A stretch of DNA of 59,143 nt, filler included, from Rhizaria sp. SCN 62-66 (lineage: Eukaryota), in the NCBI GenBank assembly GCA_001724265.1. It is 2 parts of 2 records of this genome, joined end to end, with 100 filler letters (N's around TTAATTAATTAA, not from the genome) between each part and the next. Parts side by side here need not be neighbours in the genome. Positions count along the whole stretch, not along the records: positions 1 to 27,396 come from MEDY01000405.1; 1 more part is not named here. The stretch is one strand, 5' to 3'. The notes under the pieces are model-generated. The model was not told the DNA's origin. It saw only the letters and a program-made list of their open reading frames with translations, and made no database searches. Positions 10,587 to 24,900 of the stretch are shown one piece after another (the stretch's first letter is position 1; each line of letters starts with the position of its first letter). A program made the position numbers and the translations under genes.

Positions 10587-12489
10587 GCCTTCTGCGCTTG
10601 CAGCTGCTGCCGCCACTGCGTCTCCGGCTGCGACTCCGACTTCGACGTACATGGCGTCGACGTCGTGGACGTCTGACGGCCTGTCTCCGCGCGACTGGCT
10701 GCTCTCGCTGAAGCTGCCGATCCCGGACGAGTCGACGGCGCAACACCCCGTGGATTACGTGCCGCTGCAGCTGGGTGCCAAGTCGGCTCACGCGGCGTAC
10801 GCCGAGATTGCCGAGGGCGACTGGGCGGCGCAGCGCGCGGCCGTGCGCACCGAGTTCGCGCACGCGTACCTGGGCTACGAGCGTTGGGGCCGGAACACGG
10901 ACGAGCTGCAGCCCATCTCGCGCCGCGGCGGCGGCAACTACGGCATGGGGCTGACGATGATCGACTCGCTAACTACGATGCTGGTCATGGGACTGGAGGA
11001 ACAGTACACGCGCGCGCTGGCGTGGATCACCAACTCGCTGCAGATGGGTGTGCAGGAGAACATCTCGACCTTCGAGACGACGATCCGCGTGCTGGGCGGG
11101 CTTATCTCGGCCTTCGCGCTGCGCCCCGACGACACGGTGCTGCTGGCCAAGGCCGTGCAGCTCGCCGACGCCATGCTTTTCGGCTTCGACTCCCCCACGG
11201 GGCTGCCGTATGCCACGCTGGGGCTACGCTCGCGCACCAAGTCGAACCCGTCGTGGACCGGCAACACGGTCTCGTTCGCCGAAGCGACGGTGCAGATGGA
11301 GTGGCAGATGTTGTCGCGGCTGACCGGCGACGACAAGTACGCCAACGCGCTGGCCCGCGTCACCGACACGGTCGAGAAGCTGCGCGTACCGCTCTACTCG
11401 CAGTACATCTCCCCGCTCACGGGCCAGCTCACCGACACGACCATCACCTTTGGCGCGCGTGTCGACTCGGCCTACGAGTACTTCCTCAAGCAGCACGTGC
11501 TGTCGGGCGGCGGCGACGAGACGCAGCGCGCGCGGCGGCTTTACTTGGACTCGATGGAGGCCATGGAGGAGCAGGTCATCTTTGACTCGCGGCCCTCGAA
11601 CCTGACCTTCATCGCCGAGCTGCACGCGGGCACGCCGTCGGGCAAGATGGACCACCTGGCGTGCTTCACGCCCGGCATGCTCGCTCTGGGCGTGCTGCAC
11701 GACGTGCCCGAGACGCTCGAGCAGGCGCAGTGGCACTTCGACCTCGCCGAGCGCCTTGTGCACACGTGCAACGAGTTCTACGTGCGCGCGCCCACGGGCC
11801 TGGCGCCCGAGATCGAGCAGTTCGGCGTGTCGGCCGCGCCGCTGCCCGACGCCCCCGTCCCCAACGCGCTCGAGCTGCAGGACATGTCCCCGCTGCAGCG
11901 GCGACGCGCGACGCACACTAAGTACGACTACTCGCGCTACGGCCCGTCGGTGCGCACGCAGCTGCGCTTGAACGACCAGCGGCGCGTGAACCGCGGCACG
12001 GAGTCGGTGTTTGACTTCGTGATCGACCCGCGCGCCAAGCACAACCTGCTGCGTCCCGAGACGGTCGAGTCGATCCTCATCATGTACCGCATGACAGGCG
12101 ACCCCAAGTACCGCCGCTGGGGCTGGAACATCTTCCAGTCCTTTGTGCGCTACTGCCGCATCCCCGGCGGCGGCTACTCGTCTCTGGGCGACGTCACTAA
12201 CACCGACGGCGCGCCCGCCCCGCCCATCGCGAAAGAGAACCCGGTGACGGCGTCGCCCGTGGCACCCGCGGACGTCGAGGTGCCGACGCACTGGCGCAAC
12301 TACCGCGACCACATGGAGTCTTTTTTCCTGTCCGAGACGCTTAAGTACCTGTACCTGCTCTTCTCGCCCGAGGAAGTGATCCCGCTCGACCAGTGGGTGT
12401 TCAACACCGAGGCGCATCCCCTCCCCGTCGCGCTGCGACCCGGCGTGGCGGTCAAGAACCCGCTGCCGCACCTCCGGCTGCGCCCCTGA
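10042..12489 (+). CDS. Class I alpha-1,2-mannosidase (glycoside hydrolase family 47), type II membrane protein
   Basis: Motifs STFETTIRVLGGLISA, DSAYEYFLK, KMDHLACF, LLRPETVES, MESFFLSETLKYLYLLF and FNTEAHP. N-terminal transmembrane helix, coiled-coil stem and a poly-Asn run. Confidence 0.95.
10546..10584 (+). repeat. (AAC)13 coding microsatellite (poly-Asn)
   Basis: Directly visible in the mannosidase stem region. Confidence 0.9.
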
Positions 12490-12789
12490 ATGACAGCGAT
12501 CTGACAGTTGACCGGCGTCAACCAGTTGCAGCCTCGGCGTGAGTCGGAACCTCTGTCTGAGCGTCAGTATGAGTCTGAGAGTCTGGACAAAGAGGGTGAC
12601 AAGTCGACATGTCAGTTCCTGATGTGATCAGTTCGGCTCAATAGTAACGCACTATGATGTGGACGTTACGAATATCGGTAAGGCCAGTGCTGTGTATAAT
12701 TGCAGCAACGTGCTTGGCACGACGCGCAATGCAGTGGAGCTACCAGTTACCAACTTAGCGTACTAGTTCCTATTTAGGCTTTATAAACA

Positions 12790-12895
12790 GATTTATCAAA
12801 GAACCATCTGTATATGTATCATTTATATGAAGAACCATCTGTATCATTTTTCTGAAGAAAAGTGTCTACCATTTATATGAAGACTATTTACAAAT
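12790..12895. repeat. Degenerate ~25-nt AT-rich tandem repeat (3-4 copies) between convergent genes
   Basis: catttatatgaagaaccatctgtat (12820), catttttctgaagaaaagtgtctac (12845), catttatatgaagacta (12870), plus aagaaccatctgtat at 12799. Confidence 0.6.
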
Positions 12896-13055
12896 ATTAA
12901 TTTTTGCAATACATAATGCTTTATTTTCGTTCTATGCTTCGCTCGCAAAATAGTCAATGACTGGTGACCCGAAAAGCAGCTCTCGTCATTTGTTTTGAGT
13001 TGGCCCGCAAACGCGAAGTGAAAAAAAAAACACGCAATTACAGATAGGACTCTGT

Positions 13056-15553
13056 TCAACGCTGCGCGGCGGCCTCCTCAGCAATGCGTGCCTCCCTGGC
13101 GGCGGCCTCGTCAACAACTGCGGCGAGCGCGGCGACGACGTTCTCGAGCACGGTCCTGCGCGCGACGCGGCCCTCGCGCTCGCGCGCGGCCTGCGCATCC
13201 ATCAACGCAAGCTGCTCGCTAAGCACGGCAACGACGTCGGGCAGCGTCAGCGCGCGCGCGCGCAGGAAGCCCGCGGCGCGCGTCTGCAGCAGCGGTTCGC
13301 CCGCGGCGACGATGAGCCCCAGCAGCGCGGCGGCGCGCTGCAGCTCCGGCAGCCCGTGCGCAAGCAAGTGCATCGTCAGCAGCGCCTCGTGTTCGACCAC
13401 ATCGAGCCGGTGCGCAGCCGCGGCCTCCTCGGCGGCGGCCGAGCCCGCGTCGAGGTCCAGCAGCGAGAGCACCGACGGCGCAGCGGGAGCGGGGTAGTCG
13501 CGCAGGAACGCGGCGCGCGCGCGGGCCACGCGCGTGCGCAAGCGCGCGAAAAGCTCAACGACGCGCTCCGTCTTGGCGCCCGCCTCCTCAGCAAACTTGC
13601 GCAGCACGCGCAGGTACGGCAGGTCGCGCAGGTGCGTCAGCAGAGAGTAGACTACAAGTACGAAAAGTCATGAGAGGGCAAAATAAAAATATGAATGGAA
13701 TGTGAGAGATTGTTTGAGTGATTTCCGGATAAGTTTTTAAATGTTGATAGCGCACGCATTGAAGATTACACGATGTTGTACGTACAGATGGCCATGAGGC
13801 GCGACGCGATAGCGGCCTCATCGACGGCAAAGCGCTTGCCGAGGTCACCGACAAAGAGCGGGAACAGCGTTTTGATCGCACCGACCTCAACCAGCCGCGT
13901 GGCAACCGCGCCCGCGTCCATGACACTGCCCTCCGCGTCGGTGTCCGCGTCGGCGTCCGCGTCGGCCGCGGCCTCAGCGGCGAGGGCGGCGGCGGCGGCC
14001 GAATCAAGAGCAGTTTCGATCACCTTGAGCGCGGCGGGCATCAGCGGGCACTGCACGCGCGCGGCCGCGAGCATCAGCTCCAGCCCCTCAGCGCGCACGA
14101 ACATCGCCACGGGGTCCGCCTGCGCAGCCGCAGCTGCAGGCGCAGTCGCGGTTGCGGTTGCGGTTGCGCTGGCACCGGTGACGGTGACGGCGGGGTAGGG
14201 GTACGAGAGCGCGGCCGTGAGCGCGAGGAACAGGTTCGCGGCGAACTCCTCCTCCAGCGGCGCAGGTACGGCGGCGCGGCCCGTCGAGGGGTCCACGGGC
14301 GGCGGGCGCCGGTACGGCCCCACGGCGGAGACCAGGTCCTCGAGCCCGTCGGCCGCGACCACGGCGCCGCGCGCGGCCGCGCCCAAGTCCATCGCGTCGC
14401 TGCCGGAAGCGGCCGAGGGCGACGGCGCCGTCAGCAGCAGCGCCAGCAGCTCCGCCGCCAGCGCGCGCGTCTCGGAGAAGGCGCCCGCGGCGTAGGCGGC
14501 CGGCGGGCGCACGCGGTGGCGTCCAGCGGCGGCCGTCGCGGGCGCGTGCGCGGCGGCCTCGGCGTTGCTGGCGGTGCCAGTCGCGCCAGCGCGCGCGAAG
14601 TACGGATGCACATCGCCGTAGCGCACGCGCAGCAGCAGCCAGGGCACGAGTCCGCACTCAGTAGCCAGCGCGCTCGCCGTGGCCGCGGCTGTGGCGACTA
14701 CAGCCTCGGTGTCCGCCGCGGCGGACTCGCCCGCGAGGGCCGCGGCGGCGGCGGCGGAGGACACCTCGGCGGCGGCGCTGATGATTGCGTAAAAGAGCGT
14801 GAGTACGGCGGCCGCGCCCTTGGCGTGCTCGGACACTGACTCGTCGAGGCGCAACAGGAAGGCACAGAGCGCGGTGAGCGCGCCGTCGCCGGCGAGCGCG
14901 CCCGCGAGCGCCCAAGCCGCGGCGCGCTCCTGCGGCGCAGGCGCGGTCAGCGCGGTGTCGTCCAGCAGCTCGCTGAGAAGCCCCGCTGCGCCAAGACCGA
15001 TGTCCAGGTTCTCATGCGTAAGGAGCTGCGCGAGTAGGGCGGGGCCGCGCAGGGACGCGAAGACGGGGAACAGCGCGGGCTCAGTCGCGAGGCCGGCCAG
15101 TGCTTTGACGGCCTCGTCCAGGTCCAGCTCAGAGGGCAGGAACTTGAGCGGCTCGTCGGGGTGCTTTGCGCGCGCCATCAAATTCGCGTCTGCCGCGCGC
15201 TGCAGGCGTGCAAGGCCCGCACGCAGCTCCGCGTCATCCATCTCCTTAACGGCAGGAGCGGAGTCGACGAGACGAAGAAGTTCGTCTACGTCCATTCCCG
15301 CCTCGGCCAGCGCCTCCGCGTCCAGTAGCTCGAAGTCGGCTGCATCGTAGTCCGCGTCACGCTGGTCTATGAAATCGTCCGCGTTCGCACCGGCGGCCGC
15401 ATCCGCAAGCACTACTTCATTATCTTTGTCCTCGGCGATGCGCGAACGGCGAGAAGTAGTTGTCTCGGAGTCATCGGAGTCGCTGTCCACGGAAGCACTC
15501 GCGAGTGCGCGGCGCTTCGCCTGATGGGTGATATCAGAATATGCAGAAGACAT
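13056..15553 (-). CDS. CTNNBL1: Beta-catenin-like protein 1 (spliceosomal Prp19/CDC5L complex); exons 15553-13786 and 13651-13056, 787 aa
   Basis: N.MARAKHPDEPLKFLPSELDLDEAVK, LLTHENLDI...LLSELLD, EEEFAANLF, FVRAEGLELML and IKTLFPLF. Splicing restores ...IFYSLLTHL...RVLRKFAEE...KTERVVEL, matching the CTNNBL1 C-terminal part. Confidence 0.93.
13652..13785 (-). other. Spliceosomal intron in CTNNBL1 (134 nt, phase 1)
   Basis: Minus strand reads GTACGT...cttttcgtacttgTAG. It is AT-rich, and removing it joins the two ORFs in frame. Confidence 0.9.
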
Positions 15554-15954
15554 CTTACCTATGTGCCAATATATTACACACTGAAACAAAGCAAAGAAAA
15601 TCCTAGATGAAGCGCAATCAAGGCGAAAAATATGATAAGATCGTGAGTTTGGATGAGGCAACGGATCGAAACTTGTTTTGAAAAGCAAATGCCAATAATA
15701 GCAAATAAATCAAAATTGAAATTATGATCAAGCATGAAACAATTAATAAGATTACGCATTCAATGTATTATTAACTATCCACAGATGTAGTGTGTCACAA
15801 TAGAAGATATTGATCGCCGTGACTCTGCTGGTCCGCTCTCACCACATGCGCTTGCAGCGTAACAAAAGTGTCACTAACAGGGCATATACACCCTCCACAG
15901 AGGCAAACTGGCTAAATGATCTTAAAATTCGTATAAAAACTAAACATTCAAAAA

Positions 15955-18900
15955 TTAAAACACGTTGAGCTTCTCCCAATCGTGGACTTCGTAAAGCTTG
16001 ATAGCCTTGATGTAAGCAGAGTGACCTGCCGCAAGCGCGACGTAAGGCACAAACTCCTCCGCAGGCGCAGCAACGCCGCGCTGCTCAGCCTCACGAAGTG
16101 TGCGCTCAGCATCAAGCACAGCCTGGTCAAGCTGGCGCTGCTTAGCAGCCCACTGCGCCTGCATCGCGCGCGGCGCCAAGTGCACGGGCGTTGAGTAGAT
16201 CTCGTACGCCTTGGCGGCGCCGCATGCCTCAAGCGCGCCGAGCCCGCGCGCGGCGGCCGCGCCCGTGGCCAGCACGGCGTCCTCGCGCTCCAGCACTACG
16301 TCGAGCGCGGCAGCGCGCAGCGAGCGGTGCGGCAGCGTGATAGTGTGCGAGCGCGTGGTGCGGCGCAACAGCCCTGCGAAGACGCGCAGCTTGGCCAGAA
16401 ACTGCGGGAACGAGTCGTTGACGTCGGGACGCGGCAACGCGCGCAGGTACGCGCCCGCAGCGGTGCGGCGCAGTCCGCGCGGGTCGCCACGGCGCGGCTC
16501 GGCGGCGAGGCCCTCCAGCCCGGGCAGCGTGCGAGGGTCGAGAGAGAATAGCATGTGGTACAGAGCCTCGTCGCGGGTCAACACGCCGCCAGCGCCGCAC
16601 ACCATCGACGTGGCGGTGTTCGCAAGCGTGTCGTCCTCCTCGGCGCTGCCCGTGACGCGCCCGTGCAGCCTCTGCTGGTGCCCGAGGATTTGCGCAGTTG
16701 GGAACGACGCGCCCGTGAGCGCGGACGTGGAGTGGCTCTGCGGGGTCGACGACGAGTATGCGGTGTGTGAGAGCCGGAACGCGGAGTCCGCGGCAATGCG
16801 CGCAGACTCGTACGCCTGCTCCGCCTGCTGCGGAAGCGTGCGCCGGTTCGACGGCAGGCGAGAGCAGAGACGCACCGCAGTCGCGCGCCGCGCCGCTGCG
16901 ACGGCGGGGGAGCTGGCGGTCGGGTCGGCGGGAACCCACGACGCGAGCATCTCATGCAGCGCGGACACGTCGTCAACGAAGTTGCGCTCAGCCACGGCAG
17001 CACTTTCAATCTCGTCGCGCGTCAACGCCTTCGCACGGGTGTAAAAGGGCAGGTCAGCGACGCCAGTGGCGAGGGCCTCGCGACGGTTCACACCCGACTG
17101 CCCCTGCCACGGGTTCGAGAGCGTGGTGCCTGCGTAGCCGCTGTAGAAGACGCGCGAATGCTCGTAGAGGCTGCGAATCGAGTCCACGCCGAAGTAACCG
17201 CTCGCCACGGCCGCGCGGCCGTACAGTGCGATCGCCGCGCGGACGGCTTGGGGCTGCGTCGCAGTCTGCAGCGCGGACGCGGACTGGTGGTGCGACGACG
17301 CAGCCGCGCTTGCAGCCGCGACGGCGGCAGCCTGAGCATCGGCAAGAAGTGGCGAGTTGAGGTCAATCCGTAGGGGGACAAGAGCGTGCGCAAGCGCGTC
17401 TGCGTAGGTGAAGTCGAGATCGCCGGAGCAGCGCGGCGCCGAGGGCGAATAGTCTTCCTCAGCGTCCGCGGCGACGCCGTCCTCCGAATCGTCCAAGTCG
17501 TCCTCAACTACGGCCTCCGCGGATCCGTCCGTCGTGGCGGCCTGGCTCTTGCGCCCGCGCGCAGGCAGATCGTCGAGGTCACGGGCCATGTGAAGCGTCG
17601 AGAAAATCGTCAAGTTAGTGCGGGTTGCTGTCTGAGCCCGCCTCAACCCGCGAGCGGACCTTTCGTCATCGCTGTCACTATTATTGTTATTGTTATTGCT
17701 GTCATTGGAGTTGATGACGGAGTTAAGGCGGCCGCTGATAGGGTCGCGGGGACTGTTAGAAATGAAGCGAGCATCAGTCGCGCACTGCGAGCGGAATGAC
17801 GCCATGTACGCAAAGTAGGCGACGGCGAGCTTCCGCTGCTGCGCCAGGCCAAACAGCCGCACCGCCTGAGCGCCCACGCCCGCGCCGCCTGCCGCCGCGG
17901 ACGGCGCCGTGGGCGACTCTGTCAGGTCACTCAACGTGTCGCATGCGCCGGCCGCTGCGGCCAGCACCTCGCCGGCGCTGGGTTCGCGTTGCGCGAAGTT
18001 GGCCCCGCCCGGCAACGGCGCGTAGATCGACGGGCGCGGGCCAGCCACAGTGGGCGCAGCGTCAGTCGGAAGAGGAACGGCCGTCGTAAGCGTCGCGGCT
18101 GCGCGCGGAAGAGTCTCGTGGTGGAAGAGCGAGTGCAACAGCGGCACGAACGAAGAAGTCGTGAAGTGCGACGACGCCAGTGCACTCGTCAGCGACGTTG
18201 AACTGCCGCGATGGCAGGTCTCGAACAGCCCCATCACAGCTCCGTCGAAGACGGGCCGGTACGCCGCCACAAATCGGGCGACAGCCAGCGCCGCTGCCGC
18301 GGGCAGCGTGAGGATCGACGTGGTCAGCGTGAGTGTGCGCTTGCGCGGGTCCAGCACAAGCTGCGTCGACGGCACGAAGCCGTTGTGGTGCATCGCCAAG
18401 TGCAGCTCCGCCGTCGCGCGCAGCCCCGCCACGGCGGCCGCGTCCGCCGCCACCTGCGCGCGCGCGCGGCGGCTGCTCAGGGCGGCGCTGGCGAGCGACA
18501 CGCGCGGCGCTTGGGCCGCCGCAGCAGCAGCGGCCGCGACTGCAGCGGACGCACCTGCGCCACTCGCCGCGACGGCAGCCGCCGTGCGCAACGCGGCCAT
18601 GCGAGCGTCGTCGCCAAGGCGGCGCAGCAGCGTCGCCAGGCGCTCGTGCTCTGCGGCAACTCCGAACGCGATCTCCTCGCGCGTCTGGTAGGGCACCAGC
18701 TCGTTGCGCAGCACGGCCTGCGCAAGGCGCGGGCGCGACGCGGGCAACACCTGCGTCGAAGCCCACCCGTCGGGGTGCGGCGCCGGGTAGCCGATCAACA
18801 TCATATCGAGCGGGCGGGTGTGCGGGTGAATCTCCGACGATACGGCCGCCGTACGCAGCGCGAGCAGCGGGTCGGCGCCGCCCACAGGCTCGAGCTGGGC

Positions 18901-21900
18901 GGGGCTCAGCAGCAGCGGCGCAGCCGGGTTCAGCGGCACGCCTGCGGCGGCCATGCCCACCGTCAGCGCGCTCGCGCCCGCACCAGAGCCGGCGGTGCGT
19001 GCGGCGACCTCGACGGCAAAGATAGGAACCTGGGTGCCCGCCCTCCGGCTGTTCATGTGCTTGCCACGCAGCTCGGCCACGGCGGCCGTGTAGGCCATCG
19101 GCTGCGAGTCCTCGTGCATCAAAAGCGTGTCGCTTGTCCCCGATCCGGCGTCGCGAGCGAAGGGCTGCGCAATCATGTGCGAACGCACCGTCACCGACGT
19201 TGCGGCAGCGTCTGCCGCGGCGTCGACCCAGCCAGCCACGGGACCAGCCTCGGCGGTGCGGGCCGCCGTCGCAGTCTCAACTGCCGCGGCCGCCTCAGCG
19301 ATATGCGTGGAAGACGCGGCACCGACGCTGGCCGGCGCTCCAGCGGCAGTCGTGATGACGCGGCCAAGCCAGGACGCGGCGGAGCTATGCCGCGGGGCCC
19401 CGTTGGCGGGCACAGGTGCGTTGTCAACGCAGCGCACTTCTGCGGCTACAGAGACGGCTTCGCCGCTGAAGGCCCAGACGGGTGCCCCGGCGCCGGCGCC
19501 AACCACACCCGCGGGCAGACCCAGGTTGCGCTCCACCTCTTCGCTCGGGAACAGCGGCGCGGGCAGCGGTCCGCGGCGGCGTGTCGAGACACCGATGAGC
19601 GCACCATCCGGCAGCAGCGGTGCGGCGGGAGACATCTCGGGACGCGCTACAAGCACGGTGTTTTCGCTGAAGGGTAATTTGGAAGAGGGAAAGGGATACC
19701 TGTCATCGCGATCGCTAGCCGGGAAAAGAGTGGCCGCAGCGGCATAGCTCTCTTTGTACATAGCCGCCAGGGCAGCCGTGGCATCGGTCGCGGCCGCAGT
19801 CGCGCCCGCACCCGGGGCGGGGATGCCGCACCACTGCGCGGCGTCCTCGTACGGCGCTGGCCCCGTCAATGCGCGGGCCAGAGCGCGCGCGAGGCGTTGC
19901 AAGCGCTGCAGCGGGAGCCGCTTCAAGGCACGGCGCAGGAGCACGCGGCGGGAGACGCGCGCAGGCTTGGCGCTCGCCGAGGCGAAGGCCTGGTCGTCAT
20001 TGACGATGTTGTCGAAAGAGAAAGGCGACGCCAAGAGGTCAATGACCTCCGTCTCAGCGTCTTCAGCGTCGGATGCGCCAGAAGACACGGCGGGGGCAGC
20101 CGCGGAAACCGACTCTAAGTCGTCCGCGGCCTCGGCCTGTGCGTCATCCCCGTCATCAGCAACGTAGCCTTCGTTCGCGTTCTCCGCAGCAGCAGCAGCA
20201 GCCAGGACCTCGGCCAGCGCGTCCGCCGCGTCGCCAGCGCCGACCGCAGCGGCCGCTGAGGACGCGGTGTCGCCACCCGCTGCCGCAGACGCGGCCGCCG
20301 CGGTGGCCAGCGCCGCGGTGAGGCGCGCGTAGAGCTCGAAGGCGTCGGGGTCGCCCTCGACGCCCTCCGCGTCAGCCCATGGCTCGGCGTCGGCGCCGGC
20401 GACAGAGCCCGTGGCGACGAGCGCCTGCAGCTCGGCGTGCCACTGCGGCAGCGGCGTCGAGTGGCTGCACAGCGAGCCGTCACGGCCGCCGCCGGCGTGC
20501 AGCAGCGGCACCAGCGCGCCGTACGTGTTTGGCGACACGGGGCTGCCCTCGGGCGCGTAGCGCGAGGGCTGCGGGAAGAGGCTGCGCGTGGCCTGGCCCG
20601 CCGCAAGCGACGAGTGCGCCGTGTGCGGCGACGCGGCCTGCTGGCGCATGCGGCGGTCCTCGTCCACACCGCGCACCAGCGATGCCGGGTTTGCGCACAG
20701 GATTTCGCGCGCGTTCAACGTCATATTGCGCCACAGAAACAGCGGGAGGCAAACCTCCCAGCAGAGCACGGACGCAGAGCCGGGGCCCGCGGCGGCGGCA
20801 GCAGAGTTGCCGCTGACGGTGCCCGCGACCGCGTCGGGCGCGGCCAGGCGGTCCAGCGACGCCGCAAGCTGCGTCTCGGCAGCCGTCGCATCGGACTCAG
20901 AAGGAGGCGTCCGCGCGGCAGTGGAGCCGGACGTTGCGGGGGAACCAGTCGCCGGAGTCTGCGCGTCGGCTGCAGCGCGGTACGCGAGCTTGAGCACGGG
21001 ACGCGGTGCGGCTGCGGCCACAGACTGTGCGGAGAGAGCGAACGCGCCGAACTTGGAAGACTGAATATCGATAAATTTGCCGCGGCGCAGCGCAACAATG
21101 TGCGACTTCGTGATGTCGATCGCCATGGGCGTGCCCAGACGCGGCCACAGCGGCGCGAAGATGTTCTCCTGCAGCATGGGCTCTCCAGTGGGGTAGGACT
21201 CAGCGTTTTCCGCCGCAGGGACGAGTACGCCCAGATGCTCGCTGACGGCGATGCAAGCGCGGTTGGGGTTCACGACCTCAGTCTCACGCGTGCGCGGACA
21301 CGTCATGACCAGGTCCATGGGCACGCGCGAAGCGAGCCACGGCAGCCCGGTGAGCACGCCGTGGCGCACGGGGCAGTAGGTCGACAGCCAGCCCGCGGCC
21401 GCGCACACGCCGACCGCGGGCGTCGACGGCGTCGCGCCAGCGGACGAGGTCGGCACGGCCGACGGGGCGGCCATCGACGTAGGCGCGAAGATCATGCGCA
21501 GGGCGTCCCAGAGACCCGGCATTCGCAGCTGCGCGACGGGGGCAGGCGCGGCCGCGGCCGCAGAGGGCGCGCGCGTGCCCTGTGCCAGCAGCGAGCGGTC
21601 GTGCGCCGCCACGACAGTGACCTCGGAGAAGAAAGAAGAGCGCGCGAAGCCCTTCCAGTCAGGCGCGCTGGTCCAGCCCGCGGGCGCGAGCGGGACAGGG
21701 CTCTGCACGGCGGCGCCCAGCACGTCGCGGTCCTTGTAGGGGCGCACGAGCAGCCCGGCGTGCGTGGCTCCCGGCAGCCGCAGCGTGACGAAGAGCGCGC
21801 CTATGGGCACCTCCGCGCCGGGCGGCGGCGCGAGATGCGAGCGCTGCTGCACCGCGATGGCGGCCGCGACCGCGAGCAGCGCCGCGTCCGTCAGACGCAG

Positions 21901-24900
21901 GCGGTTCCAGCAGTGCAGCGTCGCTGCGCGCAGCGACTGCGGCAGCAGCGGGCAGTGGAGCGCCAGCGCCATTTGCGCGGCAAAGTCCTGCGGCAGGACG
22001 TTGCCAGCCTTGGCCGCGCTGGCGGGCGCACCCGCAATGGCGGCGACAGCGGCGGGGGGCAACGAGGCTAGAGAAGCGAGCAAATGCGCCGCGAGCGCGC
22101 GACAGCGGGTCTCCATCGCCCACTTGGCGCGCACAAGCGTGAGCGCGACGTGCTCGTCACGCATCGCCGCCGCCCACGGGCACAGCGCCGACGACAGCGT
22201 CATCGTGCTGTTGCACTGTTGCGCAGTGAAGTGCGCCGTGGGGAAAAAGGGCATCGCGGGGCGCGGGGCGGCGCGGATGTTGCTCAGCGCAGCAGCGGCC
22301 GAAGCAACGCGTGCCGCATTAGAAACAGTCGCGCCAGAGTCGTTGTTACGGATGGACAGCGCGCTGACAATCACCTCGTTTGCGACGTACGCCTCGGGAG
22401 CGTAGTGAAAGAGGAAAGTCGTAAAGCCGTTGATTGCAGTCGTGTTGTAGGTTGAAGAAGTAAGGGGCTCCTCAGACGAAACGTAGTTGGGCTTCAAACC
22501 ACGGAAGAGACTGCCGCGCGGCGCAAAGCCGTCAGACGCGCGGCCCAGAGCAATGGCAACGCCCGACGGCGTGACAAAACCTCCCGCGACGCCGTTCCTC
22601 GAAGTCTCGAGCGAGGCCACAGTCAGCGCGTTGCCGAAGTCGGCGAGCGAGGACGACGCCGCAGTGTCGAAGGTCATGACCAGCGGTCCCGCGGCGAGGC
22701 GCGGGCCCATGAGCCACAGCGAGCGCGGCAGCCGCGACAGCAGCGCCGCGAGCGCGCTGTCCGAGGCCGTGGCGCCCAGGGGCGCGCCCAGCGCCGCGAC
22801 GGCCGCCTCGAGGGGGCTCGCGACGGCGCCCAGGAACACGGTGGCGGCGCCGTCCTCACTCTGCGCGCGGCGGCACACACCCAACCGCGCGAGCCCGTCC
22901 AGCGCGGCGGGCCACAGTAGCGACGGCAGCGGTGGGGCGCCCGCGCCGGCGGAGGCCGCGCCGGCAGAGGCCAGGAACAGCTCGGGGTGGCCGAAGACTT
23001 GCGCAGCCACGGCGGACGCCGGCACCGGCACGGGGAAGAACCACACGCTGTCGCCAGCGCTGCCTCCCTTCGCGCTGTCAGCGGTCACACCGTCTGCCTC
23101 AGCGCTGCCAGCCTCCTCAACGGCCTGCTGCGACGCGAAGGCCAGCGCGCGGCGCGTGGCTTCGGCGGCGTCCTCGTAGGGCTCCGCGGGCGCGGGCGCG
23201 GGTGCGGCGAGCGGGCCACCCGCCTCGTCCCACATGTGCAGAGACATGAGCGCGAGCTGGTAGGCGTCGAGGAAGCGGCGCAGCACGCGGTGCCGCGCGC
23301 CGACCGCGCCGCCGGGCCCCGCCACGGCGGGCAGCGGCACCACCGTCACCTGCGACGGCGCGGCGGCGTAGGCGGCCGCCACACGCGCCTGCGTGCGCAG
23401 CGGCGGCGGCAGCGGGCGACCGCGCACCTTGTCGCCTGCGGCCGCGGCCGCCGCCTGCTGGCGCTCCCACTCTGCGGCCGCGGCCACGGCGGCGCCGGCC
23501 CACACGCGCCCGCCCGCGCACGCGGCGAGTGCGTCAGGGGCAATGGGACCAACGCCACCCGCAGCAGCAGCAGCCGCGGCGGCCGTGGAGGCGGCGGCCG
23601 GCAGCGGCGCAATGGCCTCGGCGCCGTCCTCGCGCGCGGCGGCGGCGTCTGCGAGCAGCGCCACGGCCTCGGGCGCGTAGATGCCGACCGTGGACAGCAC
23701 GTGGGCAACGGCGCCGGCGGGCAGCGTGTGCACGCGGAGCAGCGGCAGCAGCGGCGAAAGGAACGGCGCGAGCGCCGCGGTGGTCAGCCGCACGGGCGCC
23801 ATCAGCCGCGCGAGCCCGGACGACGCAAGCGCGGCGGCGTCAGCCGCGCTGGACGCCGCGGCCGCGGCGTAGGCGCGGTGCGCGCGGCCGTACGGCTGCA
23901 CGGCGGCGCCGCGGGAAAGCGCGGTGCCGGCGTAGTAGGCGTCGTTGTTCATGAGCGAGCGCTCGCCGAGCGAGCTCTCGCGGTCCCCGGAGGTGATCTC
24001 GAACTTCGTTAGGAACACGTGCTGCGCCGCGGCCTCGAGAAGCTTCTCCGCGTCGCGCGAGCCCCACAGCATCGGCGGCGTCCGCGACGCGTTGCTCGTT
24101 TTGGGCTTTGGGGTCTTGGTGCCGGGCGCGTACTCGGTCGCGTCTATGGTGTCGGGGTCGTCGTCGGGCGGGAGGGTGACGCGCGAGAGCGCCAGGCGTG
24201 TCACTTCGGCAGGCGTGGCGCGGATCCGAGCGATCTCGGCGTGGTTCATGGGCCTCGGCCCGTTGTTCTGAGTGCGCACCAGCTCGCGGTACGACTCGAC
24301 CGTGTGACCGGTCGGCAGGTTCTGCGACAGCGGCCGGAGCGGATTAGATGGGAGCGCGGGGGTACGCGAAAAGACCACGTTCACCCGCTGCTTGCCAACC
24401 TCCTCCACGCCGTACGTCGGCGTCCACCACTCGGACGAGCTGTCTTTGGCGTAGGTCTTGGACGAGGAGTCGAGAAAATGCGACGCCGTCTCGACCGCGT
24501 GGTTGATGACGCCGCGCAGCACCTGGTTGTTCTTCTCGATCTCGTCGCGCAGGGCGTTAAGCTGGGCCAGGCGCGCCTGCTCGGGCAGCGCAAACACGCG
24601 CTCGCGCAGCAGCCTGCTCTCCTTGGCGGCCGCGCGCGTGTGCTCGGCCCGCGCCTGCGCGTCGGGGGTCGCGACGGGCCGCCACAGCCAGCTGGCGCCG
24701 CGCTGCGCCAGCGCACGCCGCCGCCGCCGCCACGCGCGGTGGACGGCGCTGGCCGTCTCGTCGTCGTCGTCGTCGTCGCTGTCGTCGTCGTCGTCGCTGC
24801 TGTTTGTGCTGCCACCGCTCTCGTCGAGCTGCGGGTCGAGCCCCGTGGCCAGCACGCGGCTCTCGACCGCGGCCTCGGCGGCGTCGGCGATCGCAAGGCC

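Noticed and set aside
12790..12895. Spaced short repeats as a possible CRISPR-like array
   Set aside because: The units are contiguous and degenerate with no unique spacers. There are no cas genes and the context is eukaryotic.
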